This document shows, in pieces, positions 51,432-64,000 of a DNA stretch of 64,000 bases (its first letter is position 1; each line of letters starts with the position of its first letter). The notes beneath the pieces are model-generated. The model was not told where the DNA came from and did no database searches. It saw only the letters and a list, made by a program, of their open reading frames with translations. The DNA is from Eledone cirrhosa (lineage: Eukaryota), in the NCBI GenBank assembly GCA_964016885.1, contig OZ024755.1:4836001-4900000 (forward strand), written 5' to 3'. Made by a program: the position numbers and the translations under genes.

Positions 51432-52800
51432 TGACATTGCCCCAATACTTGCAACAGTAAATTCCGATAAAGGTAGCCAAGGCCCAGGTGATGATGTTAA
51501 ACTGGATGACAGATTAAGTCTGTGTATATGTGTTATTGTGAAGTTCTCTGGGATTGGAGAGAGTTACTTCTCTGCTGCTCTTACTACCAACTACCCATGT
51601 GCATCTGTCACATAAAGTCTACCTTTTGTGTACCCATACCTACACTGTGTACATAGTTTAGAGCTCCAACCTACTCCAATTCTACATCTAGAGCATGGCC
51701 AATTCTCTCATGGAATCAGTCATGAACTTGTTCTTATTTACTAAAACTTTGGTCTTTTAATTTCTTAGCAGGGGTTTCTTCTCAAGTTCTTCCACAGCTT
51801 CAACAGTAAAAACTAGGTCCTCAGAGTACAGATGTTGCCGTGGACAGTCAGTGTTAAACTCCTCTGTTATAGCCTGTAGAACTACATTAAGCAAGAGGGG
51901 TCTGAGGACCAATCCTTAATGTACATGGCTTGCACTGCTCTCATGAACCACTCATGTACACCCAGTTTCCTTAATGACCACCAGATGACAGATCATGGTA
52001 CTCTATCAAGGGCTTTTTATAGTAACTAAGTGTACCAAAGTCATCCTGACATATTATTTCACAATATGGAGCACTTACACTGTTGATTTTCACAACACAG
52101 CACATTGGCAAATCCCTTGCTTTCTGTTTCTCTACATACTAAATAAACCTGTTGTCTAGCTTCTCTTTTAGTTACTTAGTATTCATCTTTGTTGCCACAA
52201 TTTTTCCAGCCTTTCCATGCTTGTCTGTTAACTTTAATGGCTAAGTCTACAGTATCGTTCTATCACCAAATCTTCTTTCATCTGATTGGTACCTTGTTCC
52301 ACAGATCTCATCAGTAGCCTGAAACAGGTTGTCCTGTAGAATCTTCCAATTGTTTTCTATGTCATATGTACCTATCTCTTTCTCCTTGTTGTATGCGTCT
52401 TGTAGAGTTTTACCAAACTTATTTTTAACAGAGAGGTCCTTTAACTTCCATACCCCCCTTCTCCAGATTGTCCTGCATTTCTGATTATGTTTGATTCTTA
52501 TTCTGATGTCACTGACAACTCATTTATGTTGACTGGTGCAGTCTTCTCTGGGAAGAGACTTAGTATTCATAATTATCTGTCTATTTTGTTTTCTAACGAG
52601 CATGAAATCAATCTGTTTTAGATGCTTGCCTGATTTGATTTGTTGGTTGGTTTCCTGCTGCAAAACGTCAGGTCATTTGCATCACTGAATTTTAGGGGCC
52701 TTGATCCATTTTCATTTTTCAAGCCATATCTGTGCACTGCAGTCTAGCCACTCTGGTGTTGTCCAACATGTCCATTGAAGTCATCAGCTAGGATAGTGAC
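51432..52800 (-). mobile_element. decayed RTE LINE (APE endonuclease plus RT, internally deleted)
   Basis: Minus-strand peptides ADDFNGHVG, QIDF, TSQH (endonuclease); KALDRVP*SVIWWSLRKLGVHEWFMRAVQAM; VH*GLVLRPLLLNVVLQAITEEFNTDCPRQHLYSEDL (RT). Confidence 0.88.
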
Positions 52801-53619
52801 CTGGTTCTTATAGTTGAATCTATAGAAGAGTTTGAGAAGAAACTGATGGGATCATGACCCTGTCTTCTTTCTTACTTATTAACACAGTAGACAGTTAGAA
52901 TGGTAGTGTAATAGTAGACAGTTAGAATGGTAGTGTAATAGTACAGTAGACAGAATGGTGGTGTATAGTACAGTAGACAGTTAGAATGGTGGTGTATAGT
53001 ACAGTAGAGTTAGAATGGTGGTATAATAGTACAGTACACAGTTAGAATCGTAGTGTAATAGTACAGTAGACAGAATGGTGATTCTTCAAAACTAAATAGC
53101 GAAGTAATAGTATAAAAATGTATTTTTCTCTGAATAATTAAATGTCTCTGATGTCGATCTGGCATGACTAAGTCAAATTGATACGGTGACTAGAATTTAA
53201 TTCACAAATTTTTTTTTTTTTTAATGTTAAAATATCAAAATGTTATCAAATCCCTTTCCTCTCTATTATGACTCCATTATCTTTGTGCCCTATTATCTTC
53301 TCTCTTTATATCTCATCTCCTTTTCTCTATGCCCTGCTCAAATTCTCTACCCACTTCTCTCATTTATTCGGGGGTTTCCCTGTTCATCAACATTCTTTAT
53401 ATTTCTCATCTTTCTCTCCTATTTTATTTCTATTAACTCTACCTATGAATCACTCAACTTTTCACAAATGTTTTGTTGACAATTCAAACTAGAATTCAAT
53501 ATAATTCTCATTAAGTTTTATTATTATTATTATTAGCAGTAGTAGTAATAGTAGTAGTAGTAGTAGTATCATCATTGTAGTATCATCATTGTTGTTGGTG
53601 GTGGTGGTGTTGGTGTTGG

Positions 53620-53775
53620 CGGTGGATTAAAACATCAAACAAATGCTTTGCAGTATGAGTTCATGCTCTTTGCTTTCTGAGTTCAAATCCTGCCAAGATT
53701 AGCTTTGCCATCCTTACAAGGTTGATAAGATAAAGCACCAGTAATATACTGGGATTGATTTAACTGACTTCCCAG
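53620..53775 (+). mobile_element. SINE family A, degenerate
   Basis: B box GAGTTCAAATCC and partial core. A further 3' fragment is at 55340-55437 (minus strand). Confidence 0.7.
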
Positions 53776-53969
53776 TGGTAGCTTTGGCAGATGCCAGGGT
53801 TGATAGTGTATATAGATATATAAATACCTGAATGATAATGTATTACATGAAAATATCTAACAATGTCCTCAGTTAAGCTATTATAAAAACCCACGGATAT
53901 CTTGTTCTGAAACGGAACACGATATCCATGAAGTTCTTTTTCTATCAGGTTAGGAATTTCAGAGTTATT

Positions 53970-54185
53970 CCTATCAACATCGGTGGTGGCACGATGAAAA
54001 GTAGGTCCAGAGAGATTGTAGATGTGTACTGTGTGCGAGAGATAAGCTGGAAAAGAGCTCCAGCCAGATTGATCACAGGTAAGGAACTTAGGTAACATAG
54101 GTGCAAGTTTACTGATAATATGGATGGTGTAGGAATACTGTTGACAGAGAAGTGGGAGGGGGTAAGGTGATTGTACGATAGAATA
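53970..54185 (+). mobile_element. RTE LINE endonuclease N-terminal fragment
   Basis: INIGGGTMKSRSREIVDVYCVREISWKRAPARLITGKELR*...DGVGILLTEKW matches the APE start (NVGT, D.CC.QE..W, GVGILL). Confidence 0.8.
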
Positions 54186-54802
54186 GCTACTATAATCTCT
54201 GCAAGGATCACTTCTATGAGGTCTTAGAGCAGATTACTTCCACCACAAACAATGATGTCCTCCTTACCACTCGGTGTTTCATTACTTATCATTGAATAAA
54301 TTAATCTAACTGGAAACTTCGTTCTTTGTAAAAGGTCCAGTTTAGCAGGTGACATTAAATAATTCACGATTTAAAAAATATATATATTAGTAAAAAAACC
54401 AACTAGTCTTCACCTTCCCCTCCTTACCACAATCACCACTGCCACCTCCATTAACTAAAATCACTAACAATATACCACCAGCTGTAGTTCTCAGTTTATT
54501 GTATGTGTTTACATTTAATTATGTCAGTAACATGGACTTCTCTTTATTCTGCCTCTTATCGTTACTACTTCCCCTCCCCAGCAACACTGGGTAAATGACC
54601 TTCTCTTTCTTTTACCTCACACTGTTACTACCTCCCCTTTCATGAAAAGTCCCCTCTTTCTCTCTCTCTCTTTTTGTGTTTGTGAAGGCGAGCGTTTGTA
54701 ATGGTGGCTTCATTATTGATTTATATAATAAAAAATAGAATCTTTCACTGCAAGAGTTGGTGAAAATTATTTTATACAATAGTGCACGTGTCAAAGCAGA
54801 AT

Positions 54803-55340
54803 AGACTGTTTGAGCCACAAATGTGAAGCAGGGACTGTTTGAGCCACAAATGTGAAGCAGGGACTGTTTGAGCCACAAATGTGAAGCAGGGACTGTTTGA
54901 GCCACAAATGTGAAGCAGGGACTGTTTGAGCCACAAATGTGAAGCAGGGACTGTTTGAGCCACAAATGTGAAGCAGGGACTGTTTGAGCCACAAATGTGA
55001 AGCAGGGACTGTTTGAGCCACAAATGTGAAGCAGGGACTGTTTGAGCCACAAATGTGAAGCAGGGACTGTTTGAGCCACAAATGTGCAGCAGGGACTGTT
55101 TGAACCACAAATGTGCAGCAGGGACTGTTTGAGCCACAAATGTGCAGCAGGGACTGTTTGAACCACAAATGTGCAGCAGGGACTGTTTGAACCACAAATG
55201 TGCAGCAGGGACTGTTTGAGCCACAAATGTGCAGCAGGGACTGTTTGAGCCACAAATGTGCAGAAGGGACTGATTGAGCCACAAATGTGTAGCAGGGACT
55301 GTTTGAGCCACAAATGTGTAGGACTTTAAGCCACAAATGC
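54803..55340. repeat. 29-bp minisatellite, ~18 copies
   Basis: Unit ACTGTTTGAGCCACAAATGTG(A/C)AGCAGGG. Confidence 0.96.
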
Positions 55341-56052
55341 TTATTTTATCGAGCACCAGTAAAGCACTGGGGTCGATTTGATTGACTTTCCCCTCCCCTT
55401 CAAATTGCTGGCCTTGTGCCTAAAGTAAAAACAATTATTACAATTATCAATATTATTAATTATTACTAAGATAATTGTAATAATAATAACAGTTTCTGAT
55501 GTTGGCAGCGGGCCACAAATTTGTAGGTGTGAGCTAGTGTGTAAGACCAAAGACCAATACAGATACTCTGACTTAAAAACCTGATTCTGTTCCAACCAAC
55601 TGGTCATTAGTTGATATGGACATAAATTGAAGATGTATTGGTATTTGACCATGGGATGTGGGGTGGGGTGGGGACTATATGCATTATTAGTATATACTAA
55701 CATCATTTATATTATATACATATAAAAATGAGAAAACTCATCTGTAGAATATCCATTAAAACAGCTAAATGCTGTCAAAGAGAGCTGCAATGGGAAAAAG
55801 TACCTCAGAGGGCAGAGACCAAAGGCCAGTGGTCAACAGAGAGACAATCCACAAGGCAGAATACTGCTGCTGGAGGGTATTGTCTTGAACAGTGTACAGT
55901 CCTTCTGCTAGAACATACTGGGTCTTGTACAATGCATTATGCTGAGAGAAAATGGTACAGTCCTGCTGTTAGAAGATACTGGGTCTTGTACAGTGTTCAG
56001 GGCTATTTGGGTTTCTTTTATACATTGTTGAAACTGCAGGAGTATCTAACTT

Positions 56053-56232
56053 TGGCCTAATGGTTAGGATGTTGGACGTATGATCATAATGTTGTGAGTT
56101 TGATTCCTGGACCAGGTTGTGTGTTGTGTTCTTGAGTTAAACACTTTATTTCACATTGCTACAGTAGCTGGGGAGTTATACATACAATAGACTGGCATCC
56201 TATACAGTGGGGAGTTTTGTACTCAGTCACAT
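56053..56232 (+). mobile_element. SINE family B
   Basis: A box TGGCCTAATGG, B box GAGTTTGATTCC, then GTGTTCTTGAGTTAAACACTTTATTTCACATTGCT. Two further heads on the minus strand at 30865-31072. Confidence 0.75.
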
Positions 56233-57396
56233 AACAAACTTTAACTAACTTGACTATGATATTTCAGACTTAAAACTATTTTTTCAAAGAAAAAAGAATG
56301 AATGGAGTATAATAGCAGTGACCTTCTTAAAACAATTTCACCATAATTGTCTTTTTTTAAATACAATATTGTCTCTTTGATCTATATTCTAGGATATTTT
56401 TACACTTGAATTTTCAGGTGTAAAAATATCTTACAATTATATTTTCAACATTTAAAAAACTGTTGCTGCTTTTTATCATAAGTTCTTTTTCAAAAATGTA
56501 CTGCTTTGACTTGTCTTGCAAATTCATTTTGTTTTAGCAAATTTACAGTTTATAAATAGATCCAATTTTTGTTGAAATCAATTCTATCTTTACTTAGAAT
56601 CATAATCCTACTTTTCCGAGTAAGCTATAACACCTGTGATGCTAGGAACTAAATCTGGATAAAATAAGCATCTATATTTGGGCGAAATTCCAGATCTTGG
56701 AACACAACTTACAAGATAACTCTCATATAGAACTTTTATTATAAATCTTACAGATTTTAAAAAAAAAAATTTTTTTTTGAGAATTATTTTATTGATTAGC
56801 AGAAGTGTTTGTTGGTTGTTCTCTGGAAGTTATATTTCTAATACAGCGAAACTCTTGAAATGGTAAACATACAAAAGAAACATCTTTCAAAGCAACTTGA
56901 AGGTGAAATTACTTGATTTTTCTTTGTCTTTTTCTCTGTTGTATTTGGCAATTAATTTGAAATTTCAGTTTAGAGTATTTGTTTCAATCTACCATATAAA
57001 CTCGAATATAAGTCCCCCTCCGTTTTACCGTCGATTTTTTGGTCACATACCTTAGCTTATATTCGAGTATATATATATATATACAGTATATTTTATATAT
57101 ATTTGCAATGATTTACTTAAGCAATACTTTACCTGTATTTCTTTTTCCTTTGATGTTTAATTATAAATATTCAAACCATATTATACTTAATTCTACACAA
57201 TAGTATTCTCTAATGTTTTTGTCTGATTCCAACAAAAACAACAGATACTGATCAACTATGTTTATACTATTTATATTGCTGTTTATGAATTGAAGAACTA
57301 CACACATACATATATATCAACCTCCCTAGTGTTGGTGATTTACATAAAAAATACAACCAGTTCATGCTGTAAAGTGGTTGGTGATAAGAAGGGTGG

Positions 57397-57528
57397 GCTC
57401 TTGCTGTTTCAACAGAGCCTGGAACTAGCTGTTGAAATGGCAAGAGCTCAGCTGTCAGTGTCTCGACTCTTTATAATATAACCTTACTCTACTACCCCAA
57501 GTATCAAGTACTCTGGTGAGTAATGGTC
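57397..57528 (+). mobile_element. decayed fold-back half-hammerhead element
   Basis: IR GCTCTTGCTGTTTCAACAG / CTGTTGAAATGGCAAGAGC, GAAA..CAGCTGTC, and ACTCTACTACCCCAAGTATCAAGTACTCTGGTG matching the 10724-10860 element. Confidence 0.6.
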
Positions 57529-58072
57529 TAACTAGTTTCAAACTGAATCCATCCTGATTTATACACACACACATACACATATACATATTAGCTCATATTT
57601 AGTCTACCTGAGAAAAGTTCTAAGCATTTGAATGTTGCACATAACTCATTCACATTTACCTAGACACTTGTTATATGTTCTGTTTAGGTGCATTTTTTGG
57701 CTGGCTGTCTTACAGTTTTATAAATAGATTGTCGGCTTGTAATCTTGTAATTTACATGAAGAGATCGTAAACTTGTTTATATATTCAGCTCGATATCTAA
57801 CAAACTTCTCTGAAATAAATCAGTTTCCATGGTATTGCATTGAGGATTAGTTACAAAGGTCAGCTGAAAAGTTCATAGGCTGACTATGAAGGAATGATGC
57901 TAGAGCTGTGAAATCTTGTATGCATTAATTTCAACTCTTCTTATTAATAACTGTATTGTTTCTTTATTTCTAGTGATTATGTTGAAAATTAAACCTCATT
58001 TGGTCATTCCATGAGAGTATCTTGGTCAGACTATGTTTAGTTCATTATTTGCTTTAAAGGTGTAAAATGTTG

Positions 58073-58480
58073 TTGTTGGGAGGTAAGGACCGTTGGGAGG
58101 TAAGGACCGTTGGGAGGTAAGGACTGTTGGGAGGTAAGGACCGTTGGGAGGTAAGGACTGTTGGGAGGTAAGGACCGTTGGGAGGTAAGGACCGTTGGGA
58201 GGTAAGGACTGTTGGGAGGTAATGACTGTTGGGAGGTAAGGACCGTTGGGAGGTAAGGACCGTTGGGAGGTAAGGACCGTTGGGAGGTAAGGACCATTGG
58301 GAGGTAAGGACCGTTGGGAGGTAAGGACCGTTGGGAGGTAAGGACCGTTGGGAGGTAAGGACCATTGGGAGGTAAGGACTGTTGGGAGGTAAGGACCGTT
58401 GGGAGGTAAGGACCATTGGGAGGTAAGGACCGTTGGGAGGTAAGGGCTGTTGGGAGGTAAGGACTGTTGTAAGGACCATT
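58073..58480. repeat. 17-bp G-rich minisatellite, ~24 copies
   Basis: Unit GTTGGGAGGTAAGGAC(C/T). Confidence 0.96.
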
Positions 58481-58727
58481 GATAATATGCCAAACAAAGG
58501 TTAACAGCACTAAAAGGAAAGAAAAACGATTTCCCTGGATTTAGTTTAAAACATCAGTAATTAGTAAGGTGGGAAATATATCAAGTTGTATCTATTAATA
58601 GTAGAAGAGATGCCAACCACTAAAAGTATTTTGTTGACTACAGAATGTCATAACTACTTAGAATGTATAATTATTCCTTCCTCTAGTAGTTTATTAATTT
58701 TAACTTTAATGAAGTTGTTGTCTTTAA

Positions 58728-58928
58728 CCCTTTAACATTTAACCCGGCTTTATCCGGCCAGACTTCTCACACCTCTTTCTGTTCAAACCGGCTGTAACTG
58801 GCCACTTATACTGATGTTAAGGTATTGTCTTCAAAATATCAAAATATCAGAGATTCGATATTATGTGAGGTAAAGCCATTACCGCAATATTACAATAGTA
58901 TATATAGAGTAATGTAAATGCTTATGGG
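58728..58928. mobile_element. piggyBac-like MITE
   Basis: TTAA-CCCTTTAACATTTA...TAAATGCTTATGGG-TTAG. Partial copy at 61352-61478. Confidence 0.8.
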
Positions 58929-59769
58929 TTAGGGAAGTTAAGATGTTGCCAAACTTTGAGAGATTCTAGTCTTTACTTAAGTTTCCTGTGTCTAGAAATT
59001 CTAAGGAACTTGAGTGTTTCTTTGGGTTAAATGTATATTATGTAAAATAGTTGAAATATTTTGCTGAAATTGAAGCTAAACCATATCAACATTTTTCTAT
59101 TATCAGCAGAATGTCTTTGTGCAATTCAGAAACAAAAAATCTGCATTGCAGAAATTGTAACATCCTTGTTTGCAGCTAAACCATATCAATGTTTTCCATT
59201 ATCAGTTGAATGTCTTTGTACAATTAAGAAACTAAAGATTGTAGATTGTGTTGTAACAAATTTATTATCTTTATCTATTCTGTTCAGATATCTGATTCAC
59301 TAACCATTCTTGGAACAGATGCATCTATAATAACATCAATAGCTTTTATATTAATGGTAAAAAATAGGCAACCAATTTTCTTCTGTTCAAATAGATGGAA
59401 TGGCGTTGAAAAGAAATGATGCTCAGTGTTGTTGGAAAGAAGTTATTAATCTTGTGGATGTCTACATGCATCTATGGATGGCTAACGACTCCTTAAACTC
59501 CTTAACCCATGCAAACATGTTAAATCCCACCACACTTGTCATACACCCATGATATATTTCCTCCCTCCTTTCCTCTTGAATCATTGCCTTAAATCCCACG
59601 GCATTATGTTTGTCATCTTCTTTTATTCCCCCACCCCATCTATTGACATACTATCCATCATATTCTTATCTTACTCTCCCTAAATATTATTTATTAACTA
59701 TTATTTCAAAGTTGTTCTTCTTTGGCAAGTGACTCAAACAGAGGTTGTGTTAAAACTATTATAATTACA

Positions 59770-59985
59770 TCAGGAAAGAATCTCTGGACAAATTTTATGG
59801 GCAAAAACAACCGTCAGGAGACCCAGGGGTAGACCCCGAGCAAGATGGGTGGATAACATCCATGAGCTCAGCTGGTCTTGGGGATCTAGCCATATCAGTT
59901 GGAGGCAGCTGCTTGTGACAGGACTTGCTGAAAGGAGTGTTTGAGGACGACTGTCTCAGGAATAAGTGGGCAAAGGAGGAGAAGA
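59770..59985 (+). mobile_element. RTE LINE 3' fragment
   Basis: GRPRARWVDNIHELSWSW; homologous to 22255-22480. Confidence 0.75.
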
Positions 59986-60622
59986 ACTGTTTTAGTCATT
60001 TCATTTAATTTATGTTGTCAAACTGCTTGCACTACTGTGACCTGGTAACTGACATAATTCCACTGCAATATCATTTTTAGGCAACATGCAATAAATAATG
60101 TCTCTGAGATTTGGTACCCTAGTTGAAGCTTTCAAACTTTCTTAGTAGTAAATGTTTGGCAAGTAATTTGATCTGAGTCCATGTGTTGAAACTGAAGCAA
60201 TCACACTGTAGGAGAGGTATTTTAGCCATTTATAAATACACACAAACTGAGGTATCAACATTTTCATTGCACCAATGGATAAAATGACTTTTCTAATACT
60301 AAATATAATTTCTATATTTTATTGACTTAATATAACTTCTATTTTATTTACTATATATAACTTCTATTTTACATTACTATACATAACTTCTATTTTATTT
60401 ACTAAATATAATTTGTTTTATTTACTAAATATAATTTTTATATATGAAGCAATTTAAAAAAAATATATTTTCAATTTTCATTTTCATTCTTTCATTTAAA
60501 ATGTTTTATCTAACTGGGAAAAGTAATATTATTTACAGCTTCGGTTTAATTACAATATTTCTAGTTCAACTCCTTTGTACCTCTTTTAGTTTTAAAGAAA
60601 TAAAACCAAGGTTAATTTTTAA

Positions 60623-60854
60623 ACCTTTCATAATCACATTTCTAATGAAATACACTCTATTTCAATTAATTAATGAAGAATTTTAAGGGATTAACTAAAA
60701 TTATTAATTATTTCATTACTAAGATAGTCACTTAATGTAAAGTTTTTATATAAAATTATGTTGAAAGATTTTAATTTAAATTGAAAACCTATAAAATGGG
60801 TGATTTTATTTCATAGAACCAGAACTGGTTTGGGCTGGGTTGGTAACTAAAGGG
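60623..60854. mobile_element. piggyBac-like MITE, second family
   Basis: TTAA-ACCTTTCAT...AACTAAAGGG-TTAA; the 5' part matches 4427 and 4681. Confidence 0.7.
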
Positions 60855-62439
60855 TTAAGTTTATTTCTAGTACAACGCCTTGGTGCCTCTCAGTTTTAAA
60901 ACAATGAAACCATCATTATTTCCTCAGTATAATTACAACATTTCTAGTACAACACCTTTGCACTTCTCTTAGTGTTAAAGGAATGAGACCGACATTATCA
61001 CTTTGGCATAACAAAAATAGTATTATTACTGTTAGAAATGTTTGTTTCTATTATAAGAACCAAACAAACAAGTTTGTTTTTTTTCCTTTTAAGAAAATGT
61101 TCCCTTCACCCACTTCAAGCAAGTGTTTTGATTCTTTACTTCCTTTACTATAAATATATAGTAAAGTATATATATATCATCATCATCATCACCGTTTTAT
61201 GTCCATTTTTCCACGCTAGCATGGGTTAGACCAGTTGTCCTGTTGTGGGCAATGCTACGTCAGGTGACCACACCTTGCACATACAAAACTGATTTTGGCT
61301 TGGTCTCTACAGCTAGATGTTCTTCCTAACACCAACCTCATTTACAGTGAGTACTGATGTTAAGGTATTGTTCTCAAAATAAATAATATCAAAATCTTAT
61401 AGATTCGATATTATGTGGTATAAAGCCTTTGCCACAAAAATACAATAGTAAATATAGAGTAATGTAAATGGTAATGGGTTTAAATACAGTTAAAGAGTTC
61501 ATCTTGAAACGTAACAAGTTGTAACTTCCTTAAACTGAGATTAACCTCAAAAATTAAAAGTGATGCAGCATAAATTTAAGAACTTCATGCTTGCAAAGAA
61601 AAATAAATGAGAGTAAAGAAAAAATATGAGATAAAATGTCTCTAAAATATTTCTCAAATGAATAAAATGAATAGAAGACTGTCAGGAATCTAGTCTGCGA
61701 GGAGACTCTTGTTTGAAATGCAATTTCATACTAGTTTAGAGATAAGATTTCTGTTGGTTGTTATTTTTCATAGTAGTGAAATTTAAATTAGCAACTCAGC
61801 TGTTAAATCTCTCCTTGACAATCTTAACATAGTCTTTTCTGTCTCAGATGAAATGTTTTAACAACTTGAACACTGCTCTAATGTTTCTCTTATTAAGAGC
61901 AACTACTTTATCTGGGAATTACTGCTTAAAATTATTATTGTTTTATACTTTGGGGATTCATTTTCCATATCGCCATCATCATCATTATTATTATAATCAT
62001 CATCATCGTTATGATCATCATAGTTGTTTCAACTGTAATTCTGATATTTTTGTCACCAACCATTTTCTTCGACAGTGTTACACCACAGTATTCTGTTATA
62101 TACAGAATACATATATATATAAAAGAGAATATATAACATTGAGAATATATAAAACCTTGCAAAATCCATTCAAGTTATGTAACATCATATTGAGAGAGAT
62201 AAGTTATAAGAGTGTCTCTTCCTTATATCAACTACAAAAACATTTCTATGTCAAGTCTTTTAGAACAAAAGACATGAACCATTTTTGTCTTAATGGCTAC
62301 AGATAAATATTTACCAAGATAAATATGAATGTTTTGTCAAGAATATTGGAAGATATTCAGAAGAAAACTTATCTGGAAACTTTGAGCATAGAATAAGTAG
62401 GTGAATAAGTAAATATATACACACATTTCAATATTACAA

Positions 62440-63884
62440 TATTACAACTTGGTTGTAACTGTAGATATATATATATACAGAACCTTATACTTATACATAA
62501 TATTACAGGTTATAACTGATATATACACAACCTTATACACAATATTACAGCTTAGTTGTAACTGTTTTATGTACAATCTTTCTATGTTACAGGTTGTAAC
62601 TTTCAATATCACAATATTACAGCTTGGTTGTAGCTATTATATACACAACATTATACACAATATTACAGGTTGTAACTGTAGATATATACACCCTTCAATA
62701 TTACAGCTTCGTATTGACTAGTTATATACACAACCTTATACTCAGTATAACAGGTTATAACTGTAGATATATATACACAACCTTATACACAATATTACAG
62801 CTTGGTTTTAGCTGTAGCTATATATACACTCCCTTCACTATTACAGCTTGGTTTTAACTAGTTATATACACAACCTTATACACAATATTACAAGTTGGTT
62901 TTAGCTGTAGCTATATACACACTCCCTTCAATATTACAGCTTGGTTTTAACTAGTTATATACACAACCTTATACACAATATTACAAGTTGGTTTTAGCTG
63001 TAGCTATATACACATTCCCTTCAATATTACAGCTTGGTTTTAACTAGTTATATACACAACCTTATACACAATATTACAGCTTGGTTTTAGCTGTAGCTAT
63101 ATATACACTCCCTTCAATATTACAGCTTGGTTTTAACTAGTTATATACTCAACCTTATACACAATATTACAGCTTGGTTTTAGCTGTAGCTATATATACA
63201 CTCCCTTCAATATTACAGCTTGGTTTTAACTAGTTATATACACAACCTTATACACAATATTACAGCTTGGTTTTAACTGTAGCTATATATACACTCCCTT
63301 CACTATTACAGCTTGGTTTTAACTAGTTATATACACAACCTTATACACAATATTACAGCCTGGTTTTAGCTGTAGCTATATATACACTCCCTTCACTATT
63401 ACAGCTTGGTTTTAACTAGTTATATACACAACCTTATACACAATATTACAGCCTGGTTTTAGCTGTAGCTATATATACACTCCCTTCACTATTACAGCTT
63501 GGTTTTAACTAGTTATATACACAACCTTATACACAATATTACAGCCTGGTTTTAGCTGTAGCTATATATACACTCCCTTCAATATTACAGCTTGGTTTTA
63601 ACTAGTTATATACACAACCTTATACACAATATTACAGCTTGGTTTTAACTGTAGCTATATATACACTCCCTTCACTATTACAGCTTGGTTTTAACTAGTT
63701 ATATACACAACCTTATACACAATATTACAAGTTGATTTTAGCTGTAGCTATATACACACTCCCTTCAATATTACAGCTTGGTTTTAACTAGTTATATACA
63801 CAACCTTATACACAATATTACAAGTTGGTTTTAGCTGTAGCTATATATACACTCCCTTCAATATTACAGCTTGGTTTTAACTAT
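62440..63884. repeat. 93-bp dimeric (higher-order) minisatellite
   Basis: Alternating ~46-47-bp subunits that both end AATATTACAGCTTGGTTTTA; homogeneous from ~62790 and degenerate on the left. Confidence 0.93.
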
Positions 63885-64000
63885 ATACTTCAGATATCTG
63901 GAAGTTTTAAATATTCTATTTGATATTCAGTTTAACTGTCAAAATAATACTTCCTTCCATATTCTCTAACCTCAGCCAAAGCTTCTGTTATGATATATAT

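Noticed and set aside
53760-54211. Two minus-strand ORFs of 88-112 aa
   Set aside because: Largely antisense shadows of the plus-strand RTE endonuclease fragment.
54612-55356. Cys/His-rich repeat proteins open in three frames
   Set aside because: Product of a stop-free 29-bp unit cycling through frames; likewise 58026-58510 and 40399-40705.

Overview
AT-rich, repeat-saturated animal genomic DNA, not prokaryotic. The repeat content ((TA)n/(GA)n/(CAT)n microsatellites, abundant tRNA-derived SINEs, RTE and CR1 LINE fragments, Tc1/pogo, piggyBac and hAT MITEs) resembles a coleoid cephalopod such as octopus; this is pattern recognition, not a database result. Almost all ORFs in the supplied track are low-complexity artefacts. 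The only clear protein-coding remnants are retrotransposon fragments: a CR1-type RT at 16.5-17.7 kb and several RTE endonuclease/RT pieces. A CpG-retaining domain at about 44.7-51.4 kb probably marks a promoter, with a candidate first coding exon at 48089-48170. The most interesting signal is a dispersed set of type I hammerhead ribozyme (HHR) motifs: one apparently intact (34014-34063, minus strand), several with 1-2 core mutations, and several half-ribozymes. Many lie in short elements next to (TA)n or (CA)n tracts that fold back as palindromes and share a downstream GT(A/T)TTGAGTAC motif, consistent with Penelope-like pLTR remnants or retrozyme-like non-autonomous elements. Coordinates were read by eye; boundaries of degenerate repeats are approximate.
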